Assembly (NCBI GenBank): GCA_030429765.1
Contig: JAUIER010000007.1
Location: 4,372 to 68,371, forward strand
Source: a bacterium
GTDB taxonomy: Bacteria; Omnitrophota; Gorgyraeia; Zapsychrales; Zapsychraceae
DNA: 64,000 nucleotides
Direction: 5' to 3'
A program made the translations under genes and the position numbers. How positions within the stretch are numbered: position 1 is the first letter of the stretch; every line of letters starts with the position of its first letter. The notes beneath the pieces were generated by a model. The model was not told the origin of the DNA. It saw nothing but the letters and a program-made list of their open reading frames with translations, and did not search any database. Positions 9,498 to 18,698 of the stretch are shown here, piece by piece.

Positions 9498-10877
9498 TTA
9501 CGATTTTCTTAGATGAGAGGGGAGGATGTTGAGTTGTTTGCGGTATTTGCTGATGGTGCGGCGGGCGATCTTCATGCCTTTTTCCTTGAAGTAGGCCTCG
9601 ATCTCGCTGTCGGAGAGCGGATGCGCCTTGTCCTCATCCTCAATCAGGGCCTTGAGATCTTCCTTGACGCTGCGTGATGTCACTGACTCGCCATCGGCAT
9701 TATCATTGACTGCCTGAGAGAAGAAATATTTGATCGGAAAGAATCCCACCGGCGTCTCGATAAACTTGTTACTGATCGCCCGGCAGACCGTGGACTCATT
9801 ACGGTCCACCACCTGGGCGACATCCTTGAGGATCATCGGCTTAAGCGTACTGTGATTGCCCGTCTCCAAAAAATCACGCTGATGCTGGATCAGATACTCG
9901 GCGATATTCTTAAGCGTCTGCTTGCGCTGCTCGATACTCTTCATAAACAACAGTGCGTTTTTAATCTTCTCACGGATGAACTCGGTTTCTTCCTTGGAAC
10001 GGTTGGGCTGTTTTAAGATCTTTTGATACGTCTGACTGACCCGGAGGCAGGGGATGTTCTCGTTATTGATACTGACCTTGAGTTGATCGTTCTCGTCTTT
10101 GATAATGGTAATATCCGGTTTGACATAGATATTCTGCTCGTCGTTTTTCAGATACTTTCTCGACGGCTTGGGCTCAAGTGTGGCGATCGCCCGCGCGATG
10201 GCTCTCACCTCATCAAGCCCGACTTTAAGCTTACGGGCAATATCCTGATATTTCTTGCGACCCAATTCATCCAGATGATGACGGACAATCTTCTGGGCCA
10301 GTTCACAATGCCCGTTGAAATTTTGTTTGATCTGCGTCAGCAGGCATTCCTGAAGGTTACGTGACGCTATACCCAGAGGTTCAAAAGATTGAATAATCGT
10401 GAGGATCATCTCAACCGGATAGGTATCTTCCAAATCTAACCAACGGGCGATCTCTTCAACCGAAATCTTGAGATAACCATTTTCATCCAGATTGCCGATA
10501 ATCAATTCACCGATCTTGAGTTCCTCCGTATCGGTGATTTCCAGATGCAATTGGTTGAGCAAAAACTCATCCAGCGAGATCGAGCAGGCGATCGGCCGAT
10601 CTTCGACAATCTCATCATCAGGGTTGCTTTGTTGGCCAGCTGGGCTATAATGACGGTCGCCATAGTTCTTTATACTGTACTGAATAATGTCGTCCACGTG
10701 CTTGTTTTGCTGAGCCGTGAGGGCTTCATCAATCTCCAGCAGCGGATTTTCCTGTAGTTCCTGATCGATGGCCGTGTTGAGTTCGGCAATCGGCAGGATC
10801 AACATCTCAATCGACTGCTGCATGGACGGAGCGAGAATGGTCTTCTGAGTCTGGATTTGTGTGACGCGCATGCTCAT
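9498..10877 (-). CDS. rpoN: RNA polymerase sigma-54 factor
   Basis: N-terminal Q-rich LAPSMQQSIEML, ENPLLE, IIGNLDENGYL, ESTVCRA HTH and RpoN box ARRTISKYR; start likely ATG 10877. Confidence 0.95.
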   Translation of the reverse strand: MSMRVTQIQTQKTILAPSMQQSIEMLILPIAELNTAIDQELQENPLLEIDEALTAQQNKHVDDIIQYSIKNYGDRHYSPAGQQSNPDDEIVEDRPIACSISLDEFLLNQLHLEITDTEELKIGELIIGNLDENGYLKISVEEIARWLDLEDTYPVEMILTIIQSFEPLGIASRNLQECLLTQIKQNFNGHCELAQKIVRHHLDELGRKKYQDIARKLKVGLDEVRAIARAIATLEPKPSRKYLKNDEQNIYVKPDITIIKDENDQLKVSINNENIPCLRVSQTYQKILKQPNRSKEETEFIREKIKNALLFMKSIEQRKQTLKNIAEYLIQHQRDFLETGNHSTLKPMILKDVAQVVDRNESTVCRAISNKFIETPVGFFPIKYFFSQAVNDNADGESVTSRSVKEDLKALIEDEDKAHPLSDSEIEAYFKEKGMKIARRTISKYRKQLNILPSHLRKS

Positions 10878-10884
10878 AGCAAAA

Positions 10885-10912
10885 AGTATACCATAATATA
10901 TATAATAGGCAA
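10885..10912 (-). promoter_or_regulatory. sigma-70 promoter of rpoN (leaderless-type)
   Basis: TTGCCT-N16-TATACT with an extended TG; -10 box 7 nt before the ATG. Confidence 0.5.
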
Positions 10913-10930
10913 ATTCTTTATATATAGACA

Positions 10931-11008
10931 AATCAATAGGTTAGAGCGATTTTTTACCCTTCAAAATTGAATGGTGATTAAAATAGACATCCGTGTAACT
11001 TATTGATA
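10931..11008. promoter_or_regulatory. Two IHF-consensus sites
   Basis: AATCAATAGGTTA (10931-10943) and TAACTTATTGATA (10996-11008) match WATCAANNNNTTR on opposite strands. Confidence 0.45.
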
Positions 11009-11015
11009 TACTGTA

Positions 11016-11070
11016 TGTTTCCGGGATTGTCCGGGTATGTCCGGGACAGTAATGTTTATTCTTTTAAACA
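11016..11070. promoter_or_regulatory. Three 10-bp-periodic TCCGGG repeats plus a TGT-N12-ACA palindrome (putative regulator sites)
   Basis: TGTTTCCGGG ATTGTCCGGG TATGTCCGGG; TGTTTATTCTTTTAAACA at 11053-11070. Confidence 0.5.
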
Positions 11071-11187
11071 TCCGCATCAACAGGCCAAGTCTGAATAACG
11101 ATACCCATCGTACGGCACTGTCCATAAGCATATAATTTTCAGCATGTTACAATCTAGGCCGAAAAAACAAACGCAAATTATTCCAAC

Positions 11188-11203
11188 TGGCACGTTAATT
11201 GCT
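11188..11203 (+). promoter_or_regulatory. sigma-54 (-24/-12) promoter of the EPS export operon
   Basis: TGGCAC-GTTAA-TTGCT, a full consensus match. Confidence 0.85.
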
Positions 11204-11301
11204 CCCTTCTGTGGTAGAGATTGCGAAAAACGCAATTTTGACCTATAACGTAGCGGAAACATGAAGAAAACGAAGCATCTTTCAGAAAGGGAGGCATCAC
11301 A

Positions 11302-11487
11302 GTGAACAAACGAATGACGATTACAGAGGTGGCAGACATTGTCGGTATCTCGCCCAAGACCATCGTCAGATGGGAAAAGGTCGGAAAAGTCGGCAAGGCC
11401 AAACGCGATTGGCGAGGTTGGCGGGTTTATGATCAAGATGATCTAAACAAAATCAAGCAATTCCGGGAAACCATTGTTGAAATATAA
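11302..11487 (+). CDS. Small stand-alone MerR/BldC-like HTH protein
   Basis: TITEVADIVGISPKTIVRWEK..GWRVY; RBS GGGAGG before the GTG start. Confidence 0.85.
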   Translation: MNKRMTITEVADIVGISPKTIVRWEKVGKVGKAKRDWRGWRVYDQDDLNKIKQFRETIVEI

Positions 11488-11517
11488 TAAACGCAAAATT
11501 TTTTAGGAGCTGTTCCA

Positions 11518-12321
11518 ATGATGACACTTAAAGGACGATATGTTTGCATAACCACACTCACCATTCTGATTGGGCTCGTGGGTTCTGAGATCGCGAACGC
11601 GCAGAACACACTGGGTAAATCCCGTCAGGATGTCAAGAATGACGAGGTTATGGCGCAGCAATTACGATACGAACAACAAAGCAAATATTCTTTTGCCGAG
11701 GCAGGAACGCAGGACGGGGCATTCGTCTCCGTTAACAGCTCTTACACACTCGGGGCCAATGACATTATCGAAGTGACAGTTTTACGTCACCCCGAAGTAA
11801 GCGGTCAGTACATCGTGAACGCTGAGGGAAATATCCAATATGATTTTGTTGGAGACCTCACCGTCGCCGGTATGACCAAAGATGAGGTGACCTCGCTGAT
11901 CACCGAAAAACTTGAGGAATACATCATTTCACCCGAACTGAACGTCAAGATCATCGGCTATAACAGCAAGGTGGTTTATGTGATTGGTGAAGTCGGGGCG
12001 CCGGGCAAGATCTTTATGCAAGGCGATACCATTACGATACGTGAAGCCCTTATCAAAGCCGGCCTGCCGCTCTTAAGCGCCAAGACCGACAAGAGCAAGC
12101 TCATCACGCCATCGGCCAACGGCAAACCCAAACACCGTAAAGTCAACGTGAAGAAATTGCTGTTAGAAGGGGATCTACGCGAGAATCTGGTTATGAAACC
12201 CGGCGATACCCTTTACATACCACCAACAGGAATGACCAAGGTCATGAGAACCATTCAGCCTGTAACGGCACCGATTTCCAATGCCGCCGGAGCAGGTCGA
12301 ACATTGACCACAGGATTTTAA
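11518..12321 (+). CDS. Polysaccharide export protein (Wza/OPX family)
   Basis: YTLGANDIIEVTV..GNIQYDFVG Poly_export domain, VYVIGEV SLBB domain, MKPGDTLYIP. Confidence 0.9.
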   Translation: MMTLKGRYVCITTLTILIGLVGSEIANAQNTLGKSRQDVKNDEVMAQQLRYEQQSKYSFAEAGTQDGAFVSVNSSYTLGANDIIEVTVLRHPEVSGQYIVNAEGNIQYDFVGDLTVAGMTKDEVTSLITEKLEEYIISPELNVKIIGYNSKVVYVIGEVGAPGKIFMQGDTITIREALIKAGLPLLSAKTDKSKLITPSANGKPKHRKVNVKKLLLEGDLRENLVMKPGDTLYIPPTGMTKVMRTIQPVTAPISNAAGAGRTLTTGF

Positions 12322-12357
12322 GCAACACCAAATATATTCGAGAGAGGAATTGAAAGC

Positions 12358-13656
12358 ATGAGTCAGAGCCGCGAACAAGAACTATCACCCATGAATTATC
12401 TGAAGATTTTCTTCAGACGTAAAGAATACTTTATCATTCCGGTCTTCGTCGGATTGATCCTGGGCATTTGCGCCAGCATCATCCTTCCCAAGAAATTTCA
12501 GTCATCAACAATCCTGTTGATTGAAGACGGAAAAAGTGACAACCCGCTTTTTGAACAATTGGCCGTATCAACCACGGTAACTCAACGATTGACCACCATC
12601 CGTGAATCCATGCTGGGTTGGAACAGCCTTGTCACCCTGGTCAAACGTCTGGAACTCGACAAGGGAGTCAAGACACCTCAGGAATTTGAAAAATTGATCC
12701 TGAAGATCCGCGAGGATATTGTCATCAAGCTTCGGGGACGGAATATCATTGACCTGTCCTACATCGGTGACACCCCCGAGACCACTCAGGCGATTGTCAA
12801 AAACATCACCGAGATCTTTATCGAACGCAACGTGGACATTCAGAACCAGGAAACCGCTGACGCGATCCTCTTCATTGAGGAACAGCTGAAGGTTTATCGC
12901 GGTAAGATCAAATCAGCCGAGATTGTCGAGCTGCAGGATGCCCTGGATGAACTGCTGGTGGATTCAACCGAAAAACACCCGCGCGTCAAGAAGCTGCGCA
13001 ACGAGATCAAAGCCAAGCAGGAAGAACTTGAACGTGAGAACCTGGAGTTCACGGAAAACGCATTACTGGATTCCGGAACGACCAAGCCGATTATCGATGA
13101 AATCCGTCGGGCGCTGGATAACGTGGACGGCGGGGTCAGCCCGGTGGTATCCGGTCAGGCTGGTCAGGGAACAATGGACAAAGACACTTACAAGCTGCTT
13201 CTTATCGACAAGCTGGATAATGTTCTGGCCCGTGACGTAGCGGTTAACAATCAGATCTACAACACATTACTTCAGCGTGCGGAAACAGCCAAGATCACTC
13301 AACGGCTGCAGTCATCCAAAGAAGGGACTCGCTATACGGTCCTGGATCCACCGCGTCTGCCGCTCAAACCGATCAAGCCCAACAAAGTACTTGTGACCAT
13401 GGCCGGTGTTTTTGCCGGGATCATGTTCGGGGCCGTTTTGGTATTCGCGCTGGAATTCTTGGACAAATCATTTATCGACGTGGAAGAAGCCAACCGGTTC
13501 TTCGGAACACCGCTTCTCGGCGCGATTTCCAGAATCAATACAGAAACAAGTTTACGAAAACAACGGGAGAGGCTCAGCTGGCTGTACAGTCTGGTGCTCT
13601 TAGGCGGAATTATTGCGATTGTTGTGACAACGGCGTTATCGACCGTTATCAGTTAG
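12358..13656 (+). CDS. Polysaccharide co-polymerase / chain-length determinant (GumC/Wzc N-domain)
   Basis: Two TM helices, periplasmic coiled coil with TEKHPRV, DPPRLPLKPIKPN proline motif. Confidence 0.9.
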   Translation: MSQSREQELSPMNYLKIFFRRKEYFIIPVFVGLILGICASIILPKKFQSSTILLIEDGKSDNPLFEQLAVSTTVTQRLTTIRESMLGWNSLVTLVKRLELDKGVKTPQEFEKLILKIREDIVIKLRGRNIIDLSYIGDTPETTQAIVKNITEIFIERNVDIQNQETADAILFIEEQLKVYRGKIKSAEIVELQDALDELLVDSTEKHPRVKKLRNEIKAKQEELERENLEFTENALLDSGTTKPIIDEIRRALDNVDGGVSPVVSGQAGQGTMDKDTYKLLLIDKLDNVLARDVAVNNQIYNTLLQRAETAKITQRLQSSKEGTRYTVLDPPRLPLKPIKPNKVLVTMAGVFAGIMFGAVLVFALEFLDKSFIDVEEANRFFGTPLLGAISRINTETSLRKQRERLSWLYSLVLLGGIIAIVVTTALSTVIS

Positions 13657-13670
13657 GATGAGGACGAACT

Positions 13671-14537
13671 ATGTACTATGACTACTACGGGTTTACAGAG
13701 GCACCGTTTAACCTGACACCGAATTCCAAGTTTTTCTTTCAAAGCGACAAGCATACCGAAGCGCTGAGCACACTGCTGTACGCGATCAATGAGCGCAAGG
13801 GTTTTGTGGTTGTCAGCGGAAATATCGGATCGGGAAAGACAACTGTTTGCCGAACACTGCTCAATCAATTGGATCCGAGCACGCAGACGGCCTTGATCAC
13901 CAACACCCACATCAGCGGCAAGGACCTGTTGACAAGCATTCTGGAAGAACTGGAGGTGGATTTCGAACCGGGATCCAAGGCCAGGCTCTTGTCACAGCTC
14001 AACGACTATTTGATCGCCCAGTTGCGTCAAAACAACAATGTCGTATTGATCATCGACGAGGCCCAGAACCTGAAACCGGCGGTTCTTGAAGAGGTTCGCA
14101 TGCTATCGAATCTCGAAACCGAGAATGAAAAGCTGATCCAGATCCTCTTCCTCGGTCAACCCGAACTCAAGAAGAAACTGGCCCTGCCGAGCCTGGAGCA
14201 GTTACGTCAACGCATCGCGGTGTACTACCATCTCACACCGCTCAGCAAGGAAGACACGATCTCCTATATCCTGCACCGATTGCATGTGGCGAGCGGCAGT
14301 CATAAGAAGTTTTTTACAGAAGAAGCACTGGACTTGATCTACCGATTTTCCAAGGGCGTACCGCGCCTGGTCAATCAGATCTGCGACAGCGCGTTGCTGA
14401 CAGGGTACACGAAGGATATCAAATTAATCGACGATAAAATTCTCGAGGAAGTCATTCGGGAATCACCGATGTTTGTCATCGGGGAAGATGAAACCAAGGA
14501 CAACAGCACGTCCTATCCATTTATACAGAGGAACTAA
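13671..14537 (+). CDS. ExeA-like AAA ATPase (exosortase/EPS-system associated)
   Basis: MYYDYYGFTEAPF start, Walker A GNIGSGKT, IIDEAQNL, GQPEL, GVPRLVN. Confidence 0.9.
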   Translation: MYYDYYGFTEAPFNLTPNSKFFFQSDKHTEALSTLLYAINERKGFVVVSGNIGSGKTTVCRTLLNQLDPSTQTALITNTHISGKDLLTSILEELEVDFEPGSKARLLSQLNDYLIAQLRQNNNVVLIIDEAQNLKPAVLEEVRMLSNLETENEKLIQILFLGQPELKKKLALPSLEQLRQRIAVYYHLTPLSKEDTISYILHRLHVASGSHKKFFTEEALDLIYRFSKGVPRLVNQICDSALLTGYTKDIKLIDDKILEEVIRESPMFVIGEDETKDNSTSYPFIQRN

Positions 14538-14539
14538 AG

Positions 14540-14956
14540 ATGTTTTCAATCAACGACAGAATGCGCGGACGCTGGAACGATGACGATCGATTGCGATCGG
14601 AAACGCTCCAGATCTGGAAAGACTCGGTGGATCTGTTTAATCAGATGGAGAAGACCATCCAGTATTTTCCCGCCAAGGTGTATCTGAATCTGGACACCAG
14701 CATTCTGGAGTCATCACGGCATTGTATGGACCAGATCGCGCATGCCGCGTATTCCAACAGCCGACGGGATTATCAGTCCCAGCTCAAAGCAGCGTTGGAG
14801 CACGCGCACCGGGCAGTGGCCCAGTTGTACATCGCGACGCAATGCGGATACGTGAACCGGTCCTATTTTGAGCAGACATTTGAACAGGCGAGGGAGTTGA
14901 GCAGCAAACTTTGTCTTTTTGGGGGATTTACATACACTGAACACGGTGTAAATTAA
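14540..14956 (+). CDS. Divergent four-helix-bundle protein (23S rRNA IVP family-like)
   Basis: LQIWKDS..YFP..QIAHA..QLYIATQCGYV pattern parallels the family, but NIAEG is degenerate. Confidence 0.6.
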   Translation: MFSINDRMRGRWNDDDRLRSETLQIWKDSVDLFNQMEKTIQYFPAKVYLNLDTSILESSRHCMDQIAHAAYSNSRRDYQSQLKAALEHAHRAVAQLYIATQCGYVNRSYFEQTFEQARELSSKLCLFGGFTYTEHGVN

Positions 14957-14980
14957 ATACGACAAAGGCGGATAGAAATC

Positions 14981-15523
14981 ATGAGTAGAATACTAAAAGG
15001 ATTAAAACGAGCACGATGCGAGCGAGGATCAGTCACAAACACCCGGATTTTCAATAAATCGGCGGTCTTAAACCCCATCAGCAGCATACTGGAGAATATG
15101 CGCGCTGATGAGGCCTTAAGCCGGGCATTTGCCCTGGGTGTGGTACTTTTCACGTTGGCCACGATGGCCTTGATTAGTGCCAGCTCACAAGTTACACTTA
15201 ACCGAACACGGCAGGACCTTCAGGCACTTTCGCTGCAGGTCACCCGGCACGCCGAGCAGATCGGAAAGGCCGGAAATGCCTCTCTGACAGGCGTTTCAGC
15301 GCAGCAAATCCAGCAGCTGGAGCAGCGCTTCGCGTCCCTGGAACAGGAAGTCGAACAGGGATTGTCGGACAGTTCAGACGCGGTGATCGCGGCCAATATG
15401 CTGCGGTTGGATGTGGAAGATCTCAAGATGTCAGAACACATTTACCTGGATCGATACATTGCGATGCATAACGAGATAGGCGAGCTAAAGAAAAAAATTC
15501 AAACAGAGGGAAGGAATCTATAA
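14981..15523 (+). CDS. Single-TM coiled-coil protein with a GspB/ExeB-like N-terminus
   Basis: MSRILKGLKRA start, one TM helix, then a coiled coil. Confidence 0.55.
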   Translation: MSRILKGLKRARCERGSVTNTRIFNKSAVLNPISSILENMRADEALSRAFALGVVLFTLATMALISASSQVTLNRTRQDLQALSLQVTRHAEQIGKAGNASLTGVSAQQIQQLEQRFASLEQEVEQGLSDSSDAVIAANMLRLDVEDLKMSEHIYLDRYIAMHNEIGELKKKIQTEGRNL

Positions 15524-16309
15524 ATGGGTAAAATCACGAACGCACTCAAAAAAGCAGCCGATGAGCGTATGACGCGCATCGAAAAAGTCTCAAAAATCAA
15601 GGAGCGCGACCAGCTGGTTGTCAAGAAGATCGGCGAATCCAAGATGGATCCCAGTGTGATCACCTATTTTGATCCCAAGGCCTTGATCAGTGAGCAATAT
15701 AAAATTCTGCGGACCAACATCCTGTCGATGAACAAAGGCAAACCGCCGAAGACATTCGTTGTCACCAGCTCTATCCATTCGGAAGGAAAGACGATCACGT
15801 CCTTAAACCTGGCTGTATCACTGGCCCAGGCCGTGCATAAACCGCGGGTTCTGCTGGTAGACGCTGACCTGCGCAAAGGTAAACTCTGCCGGTATCTGGG
15901 AACCAAACCTGAAGTAGGCCTTTCGGAAGTATTAAGCGGACAGGCGAATGTCAAAGACGCGCTTTTCAATATCGATATTGATAACCTGGCGTTTATCGAC
16001 TCAGGGGCTGTTCCCGAGTATCCGTCAGAGCTGCTGTCGTCCGACAGCTTCAAGAAGTTTTTGTCAGATATCAAATCTGATTTCGATCATATTATTATTG
16101 ATACACCGCCGATTATCTCGGTTACCGACTCGGGCATCGTCGGAGCACAAGTAGAAGGGGTTATCCTTGTGGTTCAGGCTGGTCGAACACAGCGCGGGAT
16201 TGTGAAACGGGCGGAAGAGTTACTCTTCCAATCGCATTCAAAGATCCTGGGACATGTCCTGACCAACATTGAATATCATTTACCAGAATACATATACCGA
16301 TACCTATAA
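15524..16309 (+). CDS. CpsD/CapB-family tyrosine autokinase
   Basis: SEGKT Walker A, DADLR, IIDTPP and C-terminal Tyr cluster EYHLPEYIYRYL. Confidence 0.92.
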   Translation: MGKITNALKKAADERMTRIEKVSKIKERDQLVVKKIGESKMDPSVITYFDPKALISEQYKILRTNILSMNKGKPPKTFVVTSSIHSEGKTITSLNLAVSLAQAVHKPRVLLVDADLRKGKLCRYLGTKPEVGLSEVLSGQANVKDALFNIDIDNLAFIDSGAVPEYPSELLSSDSFKKFLSDIKSDFDHIIIDTPPIISVTDSGIVGAQVEGVILVVQAGRTQRGIVKRAEELLFQSHSKILGHVLTNIEYHLPEYIYRYL

Positions 16310-16399
16310 TCCAAAATCTCAGATCCTTCATCCGGACGCGCAGCATTCACCCACAAACGTATGAAGTGTCTGAGATTTTGTTTAAATACCTTAAGTTAG

Positions 16400-17572
16400 A
16401 TGACAACCAAATCGACCAGCAACAAGCCAACGACAGTCCTCTATTACGAACCCAGCTCCGGTTTCGGCGGATCAAGCAGTAATTTGTATCATATCCTCAA
16501 ACGCCTCGACCGCACGCGTTTTAAGCCGCTGGTCGTTACCCACAAAGACGGTGCGCAATTCGAACGCATACAGACCATCGACGGCGTCACCCTGGAAAAG
16601 ATTCCATTTGAAGATTCTGAGAAAATGCACAATGCCGGACGGCTGAAGATGCTCTGGGTCATGGCCACGGTGATTTATCCGTTTGCCCGCAAGCTCGCCC
16701 AATACATCCGCGACCATCAGGTGGATGTCATCCACATCAACACCAATATCATGCTGGGACTGCCGATGATCATCGCCGGGCGCATGACCGGCAAACCAGT
16801 GTTTTGCTACATCCGGGAATCCCGGGCGATCAGCCGCATCGAACGTATGCATGTTAAGGACGTGCAGCGCTTTTTTATCCTTAACCATCAGGCCTTTGAT
16901 ATCTACAAGACAGACATCCCGGAAGACAAACTGGAGATCATCTATGACGGGGTAGATTTATCTGAATTTGAGGACACCGACGGCTCGGCATTCCGTGAGG
17001 AATTTCAGCTGGATGGCCAGAAACTGGTCGGCATGGTCGGACGGATTGTGCAGGGCAAGGGCCACATCGAATTTGTCAAGGCGGCTCAACTCGTGTGCCA
17101 GCAAGTGCCCAATACTAAATTTGTGATCGTCGGCGCCCCCAAAGGTGACGGCGTTGAGTACTTTGAAGAGGTTAAGGCGTATATCAATGCGAATAATCTC
17201 GGCGATCAGATCGTTCTGACCGGCTGGCGGACGGATGCCAAAGAGATCACCAGCGCCCTGGATATTCTGGTGCTGGCCTCGACCACGTTCCCCGAAGGGC
17301 TACCGAATTCGATTATCGAGGCGATGGCCATGCGAAAGCCGGCCATAGCCACCGACATCCCGGGACCGCCGGAGATCATTGATCACGCGGTGACCGGCTA
17401 TATCGTCCCGCCGGGAGATGTGGAAACCATGGCCCATCTGATTCATCATTTGCTGGAACATTCGGATGAGGCTGAAAAAATGGGCTTGGCCGGACGGGAA
17501 CGCGCCGAAAGGCTGTTCGACGTCAACAACGTCGCGCGCCGGTTTGAAGAGTTGTATTTGGCGGCTAAGTAG
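16400..17572 (+). CDS. Glycosyltransferase family 4
   Basis: GRIVQGKG and EGLPNSIIEAMA motifs. Confidence 0.9.
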   Translation: MTTKSTSNKPTTVLYYEPSSGFGGSSSNLYHILKRLDRTRFKPLVVTHKDGAQFERIQTIDGVTLEKIPFEDSEKMHNAGRLKMLWVMATVIYPFARKLAQYIRDHQVDVIHINTNIMLGLPMIIAGRMTGKPVFCYIRESRAISRIERMHVKDVQRFFILNHQAFDIYKTDIPEDKLEIIYDGVDLSEFEDTDGSAFREEFQLDGQKLVGMVGRIVQGKGHIEFVKAAQLVCQQVPNTKFVIVGAPKGDGVEYFEEVKAYINANNLGDQIVLTGWRTDAKEITSALDILVLASTTFPEGLPNSIIEAMAMRKPAIATDIPGPPEIIDHAVTGYIVPPGDVETMAHLIHHLLEHSDEAEKMGLAGRERAERLFDVNNVARRFEELYLAAK

Positions 17573-17585
17573 GATTTGTGCGGAC

Positions 17586-18698
17586 ATGAAAAAAGTCTTG
17601 TTTATCATCTGGTCTTTGGAACGCGGCGGAGCGGAACGATTTTTAGCCGGATTGCTGCACCATTTGGACCGGACAAAATTTCAACCGACACTCTGCTGCC
17701 TAAACTGGAAGGGACAGTGGGGTGAGGACGTGGAGCGGGCCGGCATCCCGGTGATCGCCCTGAATAAAAAAGGCAAAGTCGATCTCAAGGCCTTTCGTCA
17801 ACTCAAGCGAATTTTCCGAGAGGGACAATTTGACATCGTCAATACACATCTGTGGCTGGCGGATACGATGGGCCGATTGGCAGCGATCCAAACGGGGGTT
17901 AAGACCATTGTCAGCACGGCACAAAACGTGGACATCTGGAAAAAGGGTTGGCACAAACAAGTCGACCGCTGGTTTGGCCGACGGACGCAGGCGGTAATTG
18001 CCGTGTCAAAGGCGGTGAAGAAATACTATCACGAAGATGTGGGACTGCCGGAGGACAAGATCCATGTGATCCCCAACGCGATTGATCCCGAAACGTACAA
18101 TCACGTTGAGTCCGTGGAGCATTTATACGAGGAGTTTAACCTGGACAAAGATAATTTCGTCCTGGCCTGTATCGGACGGCTGAATATGCAAAAGGGCCAT
18201 CAATACTTGATTCAGGCCGTCGCCCGGCTTAAGGATTCACACCCGCGACTTCGCATTTTGATCGTGGGCAAGGGAGAAACGCAAGCAGAGATGGAACAAT
18301 TGTCACATACATTAAATATCACCGACCGTCTGCGGTTTGTGGGGCATCGCAGTGACATTGCAGCGATTCTCCAGTTTTCGCACGGCCTGATCCTTCCATC
18401 CATCTTTGAAGGCCTGCCGCTTTGTGTGCTGGAGGCCATGGCGGCCAGCCGTCCTGTCATCGCGACCGATGTAGGCGGTACCGCGGAGTTGGCCATCGAT
18501 CAGGAAACAGCGTTTATTGTCCCGCCACGTGATGTGGATCAGCTGGCCCAAGCCATCGCGAAACTGATGGATCTGCCCGACCACGGACAGGGGATGGGTC
18601 AGCGGGGACGAAAGGTCGTCGAGAGCAACTTTTCCATCCAGGCGATCACACGGCAAACCGAAGAGCTATTTACAACCCTTGTGGAGAATCATCAATGA
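17586..18698 (+). CDS. Glycosyltransferase family 4
   Basis: GGAE, GRLNMQKGH and EGLPLCVLEAMA motifs; start ATG 17586. Confidence 0.9.
   Translation: MKKVLFIIWSLERGGAERFLAGLLHHLDRTKFQPTLCCLNWKGQWGEDVERAGIPVIALNKKGKVDLKAFRQLKRIFREGQFDIVNTHLWLADTMGRLAAIQTGVKTIVSTAQNVDIWKKGWHKQVDRWFGRRTQAVIAVSKAVKKYYHEDVGLPEDKIHVIPNAIDPETYNHVESVEHLYEEFNLDKDNFVLACIGRLNMQKGHQYLIQAVARLKDSHPRLRILIVGKGETQAEMEQLSHTLNITDRLRFVGHRSDIAAILQFSHGLILPSIFEGLPLCVLEAMAASRPVIATDVGGTAELAIDQETAFIVPPRDVDQLAQAIAKLMDLPDHGQGMGQRGRKVVESNFSIQAITRQTEELFTTLVENHQ

Larger units (their letters stand above)
8533..9499. mobile_element. RAYT element bounded by a perfect 30-bp inverted repeat
   Basis: AAGGGGACAGTCCCCAAAAAGGGACAGGTC at 8533-8562, exact reverse complement at 9470-9499, extra partial copies at 8596 and 9425. 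Confidence 0.8.

Noticed and set aside
11077-11436. Minus-strand ORFs over the MerR gene and promoter
   Set aside because: They are antisense shadows with no motifs, overlapping a well-supported gene and the sigma-54 promoter.
13671-14537. Type II secretion system
   Set aside because: No secretin, pseudopilins or GspE/F; ExeA-like ATPases are usual in exosortase EPS loci.
14540-14956. Avd of a diversity-generating retroelement
   Set aside because: No reverse transcriptase or TR/VR pair was seen in the window.
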